This document shows, piece after piece, positions 1 to 7,927 of a stretch of 64,000 nucleotides of DNA; position 1 is the stretch's first letter; each line of letters starts with the position of its first letter. Under the pieces are notes generated by a model. That model was not told the DNA's origin and did no database searches. It saw nothing but the letters and a program-made list of their open reading frames with translations. A program made the translations under genes and the position numbers. The stretch lies in the IMG/VR virus record IMGVR_UViG_3300032289_001637, positions 1 to 64,000 of that record; one strand, 5' to 3'. The DNA comes from a virus.

Positions 1-24
1 AAACAAACAAACAAAGGAATAAAA

Positions 25-1014
25 ATGGCAGATGCAGTTGAAGTTATTAACGGTGTTGGTTCTATGTATTCATTTCGTGAACCTGCTTGGCATGGTCTAG
101 GAACTGTTGTTACAGAAGAACACACCACAAGTGAAGTCATGGACATAGCACACTTATCAAATTGGAATGTACGTCTTGAAGATGTTCAACTACCTGAGGA
201 TTACACATCAAGCAAATCTAACTTTCTTGTTGTTCGTGACCACCCAGAAGACGGACACCCAGATGTTCTAGCAGTTGTTGGTGAGCGTTACCAGACTTTA
301 CAGAATGAAGAACTATTTGCTTTTGCAGATAATCTTCTTGACGGTGCTCGTTGGGAAACCGCTGGTTCTCTAAAGAATGGTCGTGTTGTATTTGGTTCTC
401 TTGCTCTTGAGCGTGAAACCGTACTTGACCCAAGTGGAGTTGCAGATGTTGTGAAGTCTTACTTACTTGTAAACACATCACATGACGGTTCTCTTGCTGT
501 TCGTGCATCCGTAACACCTGTTCGTGTTGTGTGTGCTAACACTCTTGACATGGCTCTTCGTGGTGTTAAGCAGTCTTTCAAGATGCGACACACATCAACA
601 CTTGAGGGTCGTATCTTAGTTGCTCGTGAAGCATTGGGTCTTGCCAATACTTACATGGATGCTTTTGATAAAATGGCTCAAGAACTTATTGAAAAGGAAA
701 TCACAAAAGATACTTTCAATAAGATTGTTGAAAAGGCTTATCCAATGCCAAGCAAAGATGCAAAGGGTGCTATGACCAAGTGGGAAACCAAGATTGAATT
801 GTTAGATGAGATTTTTGCATCAGACACAAATTCAATGATTAACAATACCGCTTGGGGTGCTTTTAACACATTGACTGAAAGACTTGACTGGTATCGCTCT
901 GCCCGTAATGGCAACAACGAGGGAATCCTTGCAAGTGCATCAGGCTTTGACCCAGTTATCACAGCAGAAAAAAATAAGTTGCTTTCCATTGTAAAGGAAG
1001 TCGCTTTCGCCTAG
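25..1014 (+). CDS. DUF932 family phage/plasmid protein (TIGR03299-like)
   Basis: REPAWHGLG, ETAGSL, NTSHDGS and TPVRVVCANT motifs typical of the family; AAGGA SD upstream. Confidence 0.85.
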   Translation: MADAVEVINGVGSMYSFREPAWHGLGTVVTEEHTTSEVMDIAHLSNWNVRLEDVQLPEDYTSSKSNFLVVRDHPEDGHPDVLAVVGERYQTLQNEELFAFADNLLDGARWETAGSLKNGRVVFGSLALERETVLDPSGVADVVKSYLLVNTSHDGSLAVRASVTPVRVVCANTLDMALRGVKQSFKMRHTSTLEGRILVAREALGLANTYMDAFDKMAQELIEKEITKDTFNKIVEKAYPMPSKDAKGAMTKWETKIELLDEIFASDTNSMINNTAWGAFNTLTERLDWYRSARNGNNEGILASASGFDPVITAEKNKLLSIVKEVAFA

Positions 1015-1071
1015 TAGGACAAAACCGAACGGAAGAAACTCCTACAGCCACGGAGAATAAATAAAGGGGAC

Positions 1072-1106
1072 AGTCCTGAGCACCATACCCAGACTATAAA
1101 CTGCTC
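1072..1106 (+). ncRNA. Putative H-type pseudoknot element, copy 1 (expanded loop)
   Basis: AGTC/GACT stem; loop GAGCA complementary to TGCTC after ATAAAC; followed by a CCCC-TTTC-GGGG hairpin. Confidence 0.55.
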
Positions 1107-1163
1107 CCCTTTCGGGGGCGCAGCCTAGATCCTAGCCAGCTCCTTTATGATTAAGGTAAAAAA

Positions 1164-1185
1164 TGTCAGACCCCTGTGGTATGAT
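1164..1185 (+). promoter_or_regulatory. TGTCAGACC-N4-TGn-TAnnnT promoter, copy 1
   Basis: TGTCAGACC CCTG TGG TATGAT; same spacing in 4 copies. Confidence 0.7.
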
Positions 1186-1215
1186 GAATCATAACCTACT
1201 AAGAAATGAGACACA

Positions 1216-2010
1216 ATGCCAAACTGGGTATTTAACACATTAGTTGTATCTGGCGAACAGTCAGAATTAGATAAAATGGTTGAGCAATTAAATCAACCTT
1301 TTGTAAAACATTTTCCTGAACACAAATTTGAAAATGGTGAAATTGTTTGGGTTGCTGATGAACAGCACTATGACAATCCTGTCTTTGCTTTTTGGAACAT
1401 TGTAAAACCAACCGACCTTGAAGCATACTATGAAAGAGATACTTTCAAAGGTAATAAGAACATCAAGGTAAATGAAGATGGCAAAATGGACGGCGAATCT
1501 TTTATGCAAGAGTTTGTTCGCTCTATGAAAGAAGACCAAGACTGGTATCATTGGAACTGCCGTAACTGGGGAACTAAGTGGGACGTATCAGTTTCTAATG
1601 ACAATCAGTATCCAAACACTATTAAAACAGTTAATGATGATGGTTCTATCTTGTACCAATTTGAAACCGCTTGGAGTCCTGTTGGTGAGGTTCTAATGAA
1701 ACTATCAGAACAATACCCAACTCTTAACTTTGACTATGAGTATGAGGAAGAGCAAGGCTGGGGTGGTGCTTGTACATTCTTAGGTGGAGAAGACATTGCC
1801 TGTTATGAGTATGATTCCCCAATGTCTCACGCTGACCACAAGGAACGAGATAAAGAATGTATCTGTGAGTATGGAGACCCTGAAAACGGGTATGAAGATT
1901 GCCCTGTGGATACCACTAAATTCAAGTGGGATTCAGAACTAGAGGAATGGGTAGAATTGTCAGACCTCTCTGATACACTAGTTTCAACAACCAACCTACA
2001 AGGAGAATAA
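1216..2010 (+). CDS. DUF1281/YubB ferredoxin-like domain protein
   Basis: MPNW start, DWYxWN..NWGTKWD and FETAWSP motifs. Confidence 0.8.
   Translation: MPNWVFNTLVVSGEQSELDKMVEQLNQPFVKHFPEHKFENGEIVWVADEQHYDNPVFAFWNIVKPTDLEAYYERDTFKGNKNIKVNEDGKMDGESFMQEFVRSMKEDQDWYHWNCRNWGTKWDVSVSNDNQYPNTIKTVNDDGSILYQFETAWSPVGEVLMKLSEQYPTLNFDYEYEEEQGWGGACTFLGGEDIACYEYDSPMSHADHKERDKECICEYGDPENGYEDCPVDTTKFKWDSELEEWVELSDLSDTLVSTTNLQGE
1958..1979 (+). promoter_or_regulatory. TGTCAGACC promoter, copy 2 (inside the 3' end of the preceding CDS)
   Basis: TGTCAGACC TCTC TGA TACACT. Confidence 0.65.
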
Positions 2011-2011
2011 A

Positions 2012-2512
2012 ATGGACGTTCAACTTCCAGAAACAAATGCAACATTCGTTAAAGAAATGGTAGAGGCAGGAGAACTTAAGCCTCTCTACGACCCAAAGGC
2101 AACCATTGTTGTCCGAAAGGGTTACTACTACGGTACACCGTCAGACTCAAAGTTTGAACTAGAAAATGCAGACGACATTTCAAGAGCATTCTGGAGAGTT
2201 GATTCGCTTACAGAAACTAACAACAGATTTTCAAGGTCACTAGACAAGTTAAAAGATTATCTTGTTGAGAACTTTGATGAGATTGGTGAAGAACACGCAA
2301 CTGAAATTGCAAGCATCTTTAGCATTGACTTATCTAAAGAAGTTGAAGTTGAGTTTAATGTAACAATCAAAGCAACTATCTCTATGCCTGTCAACGAAGA
2401 TGTGTCTGACTTAAGTATCTATGACTTTGACATCACAATTGAATCAAATGAATCTAAGTATGAGATTTTAGATTCTGATGCAGACATTGATTCGATAGAT
2501 GAAAGATACTAG
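2012..2512 (+). CDS. Acidic hypothetical protein
   Basis: 166-aa ORF with AAGGAG SD. Confidence 0.75.
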   Translation: MDVQLPETNATFVKEMVEAGELKPLYDPKATIVVRKGYYYGTPSDSKFELENADDISRAFWRVDSLTETNNRFSRSLDKLKDYLVENFDEIGEEHATEIASIFSIDLSKEVEVEFNVTIKATISMPVNEDVSDLSIYDFDITIESNESKYEILDSDADIDSIDERY

Positions 2513-2532
2513 GTTTATCTAGTAGGTAGGTA

Positions 2533-2562
2533 AAAGTGCTGAGCATCACTTTAAACTGCTCA
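2533..2562 (+). ncRNA. Putative H-type pseudoknot element, copy 2
   Basis: AAAGTG-CTGAGCAT-CACTTT-AAAC-TGCTCA. Confidence 0.65.
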
Positions 2563-2649
2563 CTCAAGCTGCGCCCCCCCATTTAATAAGTCTATTAGTC
2601 TTAATATATGATTAAGAAGACATGAAAAAATCCCCAAGCCGTGCAAAAT

Positions 2650-2671
2650 TGTCAGACCCTTGTGATAGGAT
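2650..2671 (+). promoter_or_regulatory. TGTCAGACC promoter, copy 3
   Basis: TGTCAGACC CTTG TGA TAGGAT. Confidence 0.7.
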
Positions 2672-2700
2672 ACAAGTATCAGCCTACGAAAAGGAAAGTA

Positions 2701-2868
2701 ATGATTGACACAACAAATCCTTTGCTAGAAAAATTAGCATTTGAGATAGCAGACCTACACAATGTTGGTGGCATTGAATTAGAACAATGGCAAACTGCTT
2801 ATGAATTTGTAAAGCATTTTTATCATACAGAAGAAATGGTTCAGATAGTTATTAGGGGTAAAAAGTAA
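2701..2868 (+). CDS. Small hypothetical protein
   Basis: ATG 2701 with AAGGA SD; TAATG coupling to the next gene. Confidence 0.65.
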   Translation: MIDTTNPLLEKLAFEIADLHNVGGIELEQWQTAYEFVKHFYHTEEMVQIVIRGKK

Positions 2869-3125
2869 TGACATACTTAGTAGCAACAACAGAAGTAATT
2901 TATCAAGAAGCAGATTTAATAAAGATGATGTTAGATACAGGTGAGTATGGTATTCATGGACACCCAATTAGCCATGAGGCTATGGTTGAGTTTGTTAAAG
3001 ATCAAGAATGGCAAATAGAACATAATTTATTCCTTGACAAATTTGATGTACCTTGCCAGATTTCAATTAAAGATGAGGACGGCACAGACCTATTCTTTGC
3101 CAAGAACAGAGTGGAGATAGTGTAA
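2868..3125 (+). CDS. Hypothetical protein
   Basis: ORF coupled by TAATG on both sides. Confidence 0.7.
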   Translation: MTYLVATTEVIYQEADLIKMMLDTGEYGIHGHPISHEAMVEFVKDQEWQIEHNLFLDKFDVPCQISIKDEDGTDLFFAKNRVEIV

Positions 3126-3370
3126 TGAAACTAAGAGGAATCTTTGAGGGAACTTTTGAATCTGTATGGAGTATGGAAGTACCACAAGCAGAGTGGGACT
3201 CTTATCTAGAACTACACCCTGACTTTGACGAAAATGATCGTGACGACATACAAGAGATGTGGGAACATTTCAAGAGCATTGGTTGTTATGATGAGATTGA
3301 CGACACGGTAGACACAGATGTAATTATGACAGGTATAGAAACCTATGGAGTAGAAGTGGAGATCAACTAA
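3125..3370 (+). CDS. Highly acidic hypothetical protein
   Basis: TAATG-coupled 81-aa ORF, D/E rich. Confidence 0.7.
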   Translation: MKLRGIFEGTFESVWSMEVPQAEWDSYLELHPDFDENDRDDIQEMWEHFKSIGCYDEIDDTVDTDVIMTGIETYGVEVEIN

Positions 3371-3576
3371 TGATGCCCTTGTATTGGTATGATGTAGAGT
3401 TTGTATTTGAACACATGGTTATCATTGTTAATACTGGATTTCCTGAACCGCCAGATGAGCAAGATGATGAAAAGGCGTTTGTAATTGAACAAGCAACTAA
3501 AGAACTAATGGCTAACTATAAGATAGACCCAGCAGTCTTGTTTGTGCAAGACATAATCGTACACGAGTGGGAGTAG
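3370..3576 (+). CDS. Hypothetical protein
   Basis: TAATG-coupled ORF. Confidence 0.65.
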   Translation: MMPLYWYDVEFVFEHMVIIVNTGFPEPPDEQDDEKAFVIEQATKELMANYKIDPAVLFVQDIIVHEWE

Positions 3577-3577
3577 T

Positions 3578-3709
3578 ATGTTGATGAACAAGGTCAAGTG
3601 CTGTATGTGTGACGCTACATTTCTAGAGTATGAAGATGAAATGGCATTTAGTTGCATAGAGTGTGGCAAGGAAGATTATCTAATGGATTTAGGAGAAGTA
3701 GAAGTATGA
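3578..3709 (+). CDS. Small Zn-ribbon-like protein (43 aa, not in ORF track)
   Basis: MLMNKVKCCMCDATFLEYEDEMAFSCIECGKEDYLMDLGEVEV; CxxC..CxxC; ATGA overlap with the next gene. Confidence 0.6.
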   Translation: MLMNKVKCCMCDATFLEYEDEMAFSCIECGKEDYLMDLGEVEV

Positions 3710-3939
3710 GCAATCAATACCATTGGGTAGTTGTGTATGACGAAGATTGGGGAGCCTTTATGGTAGACATAGAAACAACTATGGCAAAGCTTTCAGAAGA
3801 GCAAGGTGTTGTTTACAACAAGGATAGTGGAAAGTGGGAGTTTATGGAAGAAGGCTCTGAACTACATTTAGAGTATTTGAGGCTAGAAGAAATCCTGGCT
3901 TATAACCTAACACGTCTTGACTTAACAGAGAAAGTGTAG
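3706..3939 (+). CDS. Hypothetical protein
   Basis: Start MSNQYHW at the ATGA overlap, AGGAG upstream. Confidence 0.7.
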   Translation: MSNQYHWVVVYDEDWGAFMVDIETTMAKLSEEQGVVYNKDSGKWEFMEEGSELHLEYLRLEEILAYNLTRLDLTEKV

Positions 3940-3945
3940 TAGGAT
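3917..3945 (+). promoter_or_regulatory. Sigma70/HrdB-type promoter with leaderless start at 3952
   Basis: TTGACT-17-TAGGAT-6 nt-ATG. Confidence 0.65.
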
Positions 3946-3951
3946 ACGGAT

Positions 3952-4185
3952 ATGATTACATTACCTAAAGAACTACATTTATCAAGAACTATTACATATG
4001 ATGTTCAGAATATTGCAGAGAATATTTTAGACATGGATATGGAAAGAGACCCAAACAGCGTTACTCTTCAAGAGATTGTTGATTTTATTAAAGACTGGGT
4101 ATATGAAGATTTTGGAACTATGCAAAACTTTACCGTGCGTATGGAAAATGAAGACGGAGAGTATATAGGAGATATCAATGACTAA
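3952..4185 (+). CDS. Acidic hypothetical protein
   Basis: 77-aa ORF. Confidence 0.7.
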   Translation: MITLPKELHLSRTITYDVQNIAENILDMDMERDPNSVTLQEIVDFIKDWVYEDFGTMQNFTVRMENEDGEYIGDIND

Positions 4186-4612
4186 ACTATTAGAAGGCGT
4201 TACAGTAGAATACACACAGACAATACCAACCTCAAAACAAATGCCAGAGTTTTATGTGTGGCAGGAGGGTGCAGAGTCTTATGCAACTATCACATACTTG
4301 GACCGTGTGGTAGAGATAGAACGTAATGGTGAGATGAGTCTAACACTACCAAACTTAGTTAATGGTGAACTTTCAGATGAAGGTGTCACTATTGTGAGAT
4401 ACTCTGACGACTTAGAGGCTGCAGGTATCAACGATGACATTCAGTTGATGCAGTTTATTAAAACTATTAGTAATAGTGGATTTGAAATCTATCGTATGAA
4501 TCCTTGGTGGGAAGTGTTTGCACACAACGAAGATATGGGTGAAGTGTACGACACATTCTACGAAGCAATTGATGCTGGTATTGATCACATTTTAGATGAT
4601 AGGAACTGGTAA
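4178..4612 (+). CDS. Acidic hypothetical protein
   Basis: 144-aa ORF, AGGAG SD. Confidence 0.75.
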   Translation: MTKLLEGVTVEYTQTIPTSKQMPEFYVWQEGAESYATITYLDRVVEIERNGEMSLTLPNLVNGELSDEGVTIVRYSDDLEAAGINDDIQLMQFIKTISNSGFEIYRMNPWWEVFAHNEDMGEVYDTFYEAIDAGIDHILDDRNW

Positions 4613-4767
4613 TGGAAGAATCAGTTAATAGATTTATCAAACATACCGTGCTTAACTTAGAACGAGCATTGGAACTAGATGATGATGAACTAACTCTAGC
4701 AGTCTTAATAAACTTATCAAGTGTGATAGAATCCTATGTGGAGGCGATGCAACTTGAGCGAGTATGA
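4612..4767 (+). CDS. Small hypothetical protein (51 aa, not in ORF track)
   Basis: MEESVNRFIKHTVLNLERALELDDDEL...; TAATG coupled. Confidence 0.55.
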   Translation: MEESVNRFIKHTVLNLERALELDDDELTLAVLINLSSVIESYVEAMQLERV

Positions 4768-4978
4768 AATTATAGATTATCTTCTAATTAACTTTATAGA
4801 GCCTGGAGATTTAATTAATTTTGCAGGTGAAGATTTTAGGGTATTAGAGATAGAACCATCAGATGATGGCTGGATATTAGAGGTGTTAGATAGAATGGAA
4901 GATCAAATAGATTTATTTGTTCCTGATGACTCTGTAATAGCCTTATTATCTGAGGGCATGGAAGTAACAGAACAATAG
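4754..4978 (+). CDS. Highly acidic small protein
   Basis: Probable TTG start with GGAGG upstream. Confidence 0.6.
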   Translation: MSEYEIIDYLLINFIEPGDLINFAGEDFRVLEIEPSDDGWILEVLDRMEDQIDLFVPDDSVIALLSEGMEVTEQ

Positions 4979-4980
4979 AT

Positions 4981-5009
4981 TTGACAATTCCGTCAAAAAC
5001 TGGTAAGAT
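4981..5009 (+). promoter_or_regulatory. Sigma70-type promoter
   Basis: TTGACA-17-TAAGAT with TG extension. Confidence 0.7.
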
Positions 5010-5040
5010 AAATAACAAGGTAACTCTTAAGGAGAGAACT

Positions 5041-5202
5041 ATGACAAGAGAGCAAATGCGTACTCTAAAGAAGCAACGTTTCACGTCACTAGAAAAGTGG
5101 GGCGACACAGAGCGTGTAGTAATTCGTGATGGTCTAGGACATTTTGTACATAACACAAACCTAACATCACTACGCCGCAACAAGGTAGTTAAGTCCCGTT
5201 AA
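5041..5202 (+). CDS. Small basic protein
   Basis: ATG 5041 with AAGGAG SD; contains an RDxLGxF motif. Confidence 0.65.
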   Translation: MTREQMRTLKKQRFTSLEKWGDTERVVIRDGLGHFVHNTNLTSLRRNKVVKSR

Positions 5203-5212
5203 GGCTGGCTGG

Positions 5213-5241
5213 AGGGGCAGGGAAGGTCCTTGCCCCTTTTT
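5213..5241 (+). terminator. Intrinsic terminator
   Basis: AGGGGCA...TGCCCCT stem plus T run. Confidence 0.7.
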
Positions 5242-5262
5242 GTCAGACCTTAATGCTAGAAT
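5241..5262 (+). promoter_or_regulatory. TGTCAGACC promoter, copy 4
   Basis: TGTCAGACC TTAA TGC TAGAAT. Confidence 0.7.
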
Positions 5263-5270
5263 GGAATACT

Positions 5271-5486
5271 ATGGGAAAAACACCAAACGAGAAAATAGCA
5301 GACAAACTAATTGCCCTATTTTCAGACAGTAGAATCGGAATCGTAGATTGGCAACACTACATTCCATTTTACATCACACAGCAAAATAAACAAGTTATTT
5401 CAAGTGCTAAAAATCTGGCAGACGGAATAAATGAACAAATTGCTGATAGGGAAATTGGATTAGACAGAGAACAGTTAGGAAAGTAA
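5271..5486 (+). CDS. Hypothetical protein
   Basis: ATG 8 nt after the -10 box. Confidence 0.65.
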   Translation: MGKTPNEKIADKLIALFSDSRIGIVDWQHYIPFYITQQNKQVISSAKNLADGINEQIADREIGLDREQLGK

Positions 5487-5776
5487 TGTTAGACATAAGA
5501 GAAAAAGCAGAGATCATTTTTGAATTCATTAATGACTATCGAGGTGACGAAGCCTTTGAAGATTTCTTTTCATACAATGATTTAGGCGTACCACTTGCGG
5601 TAATGATTGTAAATGATTTAGTTATTCTTAATGAGGGTGGAGTAGAAGTAATTGATGAAACTTGGAAAAATCTTTGTGAAAATCTAAATGAAGCAAACCC
5701 AGAGTATGACTATGAAAGTCTTAATGAACTAATTGAATTGGCTGTTCCTTTTGAAGATCAGGAAGAGCAAGAATAG
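5486..5776 (+). CDS. Acidic hypothetical protein
   Basis: TAATG-coupled 96-aa ORF. Confidence 0.7.
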   Translation: MLDIREKAEIIFEFINDYRGDEAFEDFFSYNDLGVPLAVMIVNDLVILNEGGVEVIDETWKNLCENLNEANPEYDYESLNELIELAVPFEDQEEQE

Positions 5777-5782
5777 TTCATA

Positions 5783-5856
5783 GGGGTGGTAGCTCAGTTG
5801 GTTAGAGCCCTGAACTCATAATTCAGTAGTCGTCAGTTCGAGCCTGACCCACCCCA
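5783..5856 (+). tRNA. tRNA with CAT anticodon (probably Ile2/lysidine type, otherwise Met)
   Basis: Cloverleaf: GGGGTGG/CCACCCC acceptor, GCTC/GAGC D stem, CTGAA-CTCATAA-TTCAG, GTCAG-TTCGAGC-CTGAC. Confidence 0.9.
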
Positions 5857-5965
5857 CCCCACGGGGGCGCAATCTGATAATTTTAATAAATGATTACGAA
5901 CACCCTTATATAACCCCATTTTTTCAATATTTTAAAAATCAAGGAAGAGAGAGTATAATAGTATT

Positions 5966-6493
5966 ATGACTATAGTAATAGGACTCATAGATAATGGTAT
6001 TGTATATATGGGATCAGATAGAGGTATGTCTGATGAATATTCTATATCTTCTCCTATTACCCCGAAAATAAAAAAGAATGGACAATTCTTAATTGGGTAT
6101 GCATCTTCCAGGGGATCAGGACAAGTAGCTCATTACATTGATTTTCCAAATGTATTAAAAAAAGATGTAGATAAATATATGAGAACAGATTTTATATTTA
6201 CTTTGAAGAAAGCTATAGAACCATATGGTATTGATATATCAGATGATGATAAGGCAGCTGCAGATTTTTTGGTGGGAATTCATGGAAGACTATTTCAAAT
6301 ATCTACTAATGACTGGCAAGTAAATGAATATGATAAATATATAGCTATAGGATCTGGTAGTCAATTTGCAATAGGATCTCTTGATACTTCTTATACCTGG
6401 AAAGATCCAAATAAAAAGATTACGAAGGCATTAGAAGTCGCCATAAATAATTCACCTCAATGTATATATCCAATTGATATTTTACATTCTTAA
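5966..6493 (+). CDS. HslV/proteasome-beta-like Ntn threonine protease
   Basis: N-terminal M-T, GSDR and AIGSG motifs; TATAAT 6 nt before the ATG. Confidence 0.75.
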   Translation: MTIVIGLIDNGIVYMGSDRGMSDEYSISSPITPKIKKNGQFLIGYASSRGSGQVAHYIDFPNVLKKDVDKYMRTDFIFTLKKAIEPYGIDISDDDKAAADFLVGIHGRLFQISTNDWQVNEYDKYIAIGSGSQFAIGSLDTSYTWKDPNKKITKALEVAINNSPQCIYPIDILHS

Positions 6494-6606
6494 AAAAGAT
6501 TACGAACCCCCCTAAAAATCCCCCCAGTTTTTGCGGGGGATAAATATTCTTGGTATCAATATCACCTATATAACTATATATAAAAATCTTTAAAAAAGAT
6601 TACGAA
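6413..6606 (+). repeat. AAAAAGATTACGAA direct repeats (6413, 6493, 6593); GATTACGAA also at 5892 and inverted at 7089
   Basis: Read directly. Confidence 0.8.
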
Positions 6607-7272
6607 AGGGCTTAAAAAATGCCAGTTTTTATTAAAATCTATATAGAATTTGCCAGAATATAAACACACCATATACAAGGATTTGACATTACGATTAAGA
6701 TATGATATGCCCTCTCACCCAATTCTCTCCACTATACTCCATTTCTATCCATTATTAATCAATAAATATCATATAATTCATCAGATGTGCTTATATTATA
6801 GTCATTAAAGGCTCTCAGAAGGCTTGTAAGAGACTTTCTTCTGGTTTATATAATCATATGCGAAGCATCATTTAAGACTCTTATATGTCATATAGTTAGT
6901 TATATATATAGTTATGTTTATATAGTGTATATAGTTAATAATCAGAAGATCTTTACTTCCCCCCCGCAAAATTTATAAAGAGGCTTTGCCTCATGTATTG
7001 AATATAGGGGATATTGTTATATATAATATAGTTGCTCATGTTGAGCATGTTTATACTATTTCCGCCGATTTTTTGCGATTTTTTATTTTTCGTAATCGCT
7101 GCCAATAGACTCTATGTATGCTTTTTTCTTCTTCTTATCCCAGGAATATCTAACTACATTTACATAGCAGTTAAGTGCTACGAATGCCAGGATTAGCATT
7201 TCAGCTATTGAGTGTGAGAATTTCATTTTCTATCTTTCTAATTACGAGCGTCTGCCTCCGACTTATATTGTA

Positions 7273-7674
7273 TCAGGAATTGGCTCTTTTGGCAAGTAGG
7301 GAGTCAAAGTCTTTCTTCTTTGTTCCCCCGTCATATTCCCAGGCATAGCCTTCATTAATCATCTTTTCATTAAGGGAAGTGTCTTCATCATTAATAAATA
7401 GCCAGCCTAAAATACGACCATATTTTTCAGAACTGTCTGGCTTTTCTGTTTGAATAATAATGTCTTCTGCATTTTCAAGTAAATGCTTTAGGTATTCTTT
7501 TACTTCTAGACCAAGTGCTTTTTCTCTAAGATCAGTTGTTCTAGATTCAGGAGTATCAATACCCGCCAATCTTACTCTTTGAGTAAAAGATACGTTAAAT
7601 CCAAGATCAATGTCAACATCAATGGTATCCCCATCAACTATCTTTAATACTTTTTTTACACGGTATTCATACAT
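7273..7674 (-). CDS. Thermonuclease (SNase family)
   Basis: VDGDTI, RVRLAGIDTPE, KYGRILG motifs. Confidence 0.9.
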   Translation of the reverse strand: MYEYRVKKVLKIVDGDTIDVDIDLGFNVSFTQRVRLAGIDTPESRTTDLREKALGLEVKEYLKHLLENAEDIIIQTEKPDSSEKYGRILGWLFINDEDTSLNEKMINEGYAWEYDGGTKKKDFDSLLAKRANS

Positions 7675-7706
7675 AACTATTCTATTATATATGTATATTT
7701 CTAAAG

Positions 7707-7779
7707 TCCCCGATAAGAGATTCGAACTCCTGACCTGTAGGGTAGAAACCTATCGCTCTATCCACTGAGCTAATCGGGG
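7707..7779 (-). tRNA. tRNA-Arg(TCT)
   Basis: CCCCGAT/ATCGGGG acceptor, anticodon loop TTTCTAC, TTCGAAT T loop. Confidence 0.88.
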
Positions 7780-7783
7780 ATAA

Positions 7784-7840
7784 GTCAGTTTGCCATGCCA
7801 TTTAACATGTGGGAGTATATGCAACTGACAAACATATACT
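7784..7840 (-). ncRNA. Pseudoknot-like element in the tRNA spacer (possible variant of the dispersed element)
   Basis: AGTATATG/CATATACT stem; loop GTCAG pairs with distal AAAC-TGAC. Confidence 0.45.
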
Positions 7841-7844
7841 GCTG

Positions 7845-7917
7845 CTCCCCAACCTAGACTTGAACTAGGAACATTCAAATTAACAGTTTGACGCTCTGCC
7901 AATTGAGCTATTGGGGA
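7845..7917 (-). tRNA. tRNA-Asn(GTT)
   Basis: TCCCCAA/TTGGGGA acceptor, TCAAA-CTGTTAA-TTTGA, TTCAAGT T loop. Confidence 0.9.
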
Positions 7918-7927
7918 CTATACTGGA

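Noticed and set aside
2533-2562. Hammerhead ribozyme or preQ1-I riboswitch call for the CTGAG...AAAC elements
   Set aside because: They lack the CUGAnGA and GAAA core with three stems, lack the preQ1-I consensus, and sit 3' of genes.
6413-6606. CRISPR array from the AAAAAGATTACGAA repeats (with a Cas4-like gene elsewhere)
   Set aside because: Repeats are only 14 bp with irregular 80-100 bp spacing, one lies inside a CDS, and there are no cas1/cas2 genes; stand-alone Cas4-like nucleases are common in phages.
7083-7199. Possible 38-aa minus-strand ORF (MLILAFVALNC...)
   Set aside because: Short, with no clear SD or promoter; not enough support to list as a feature.
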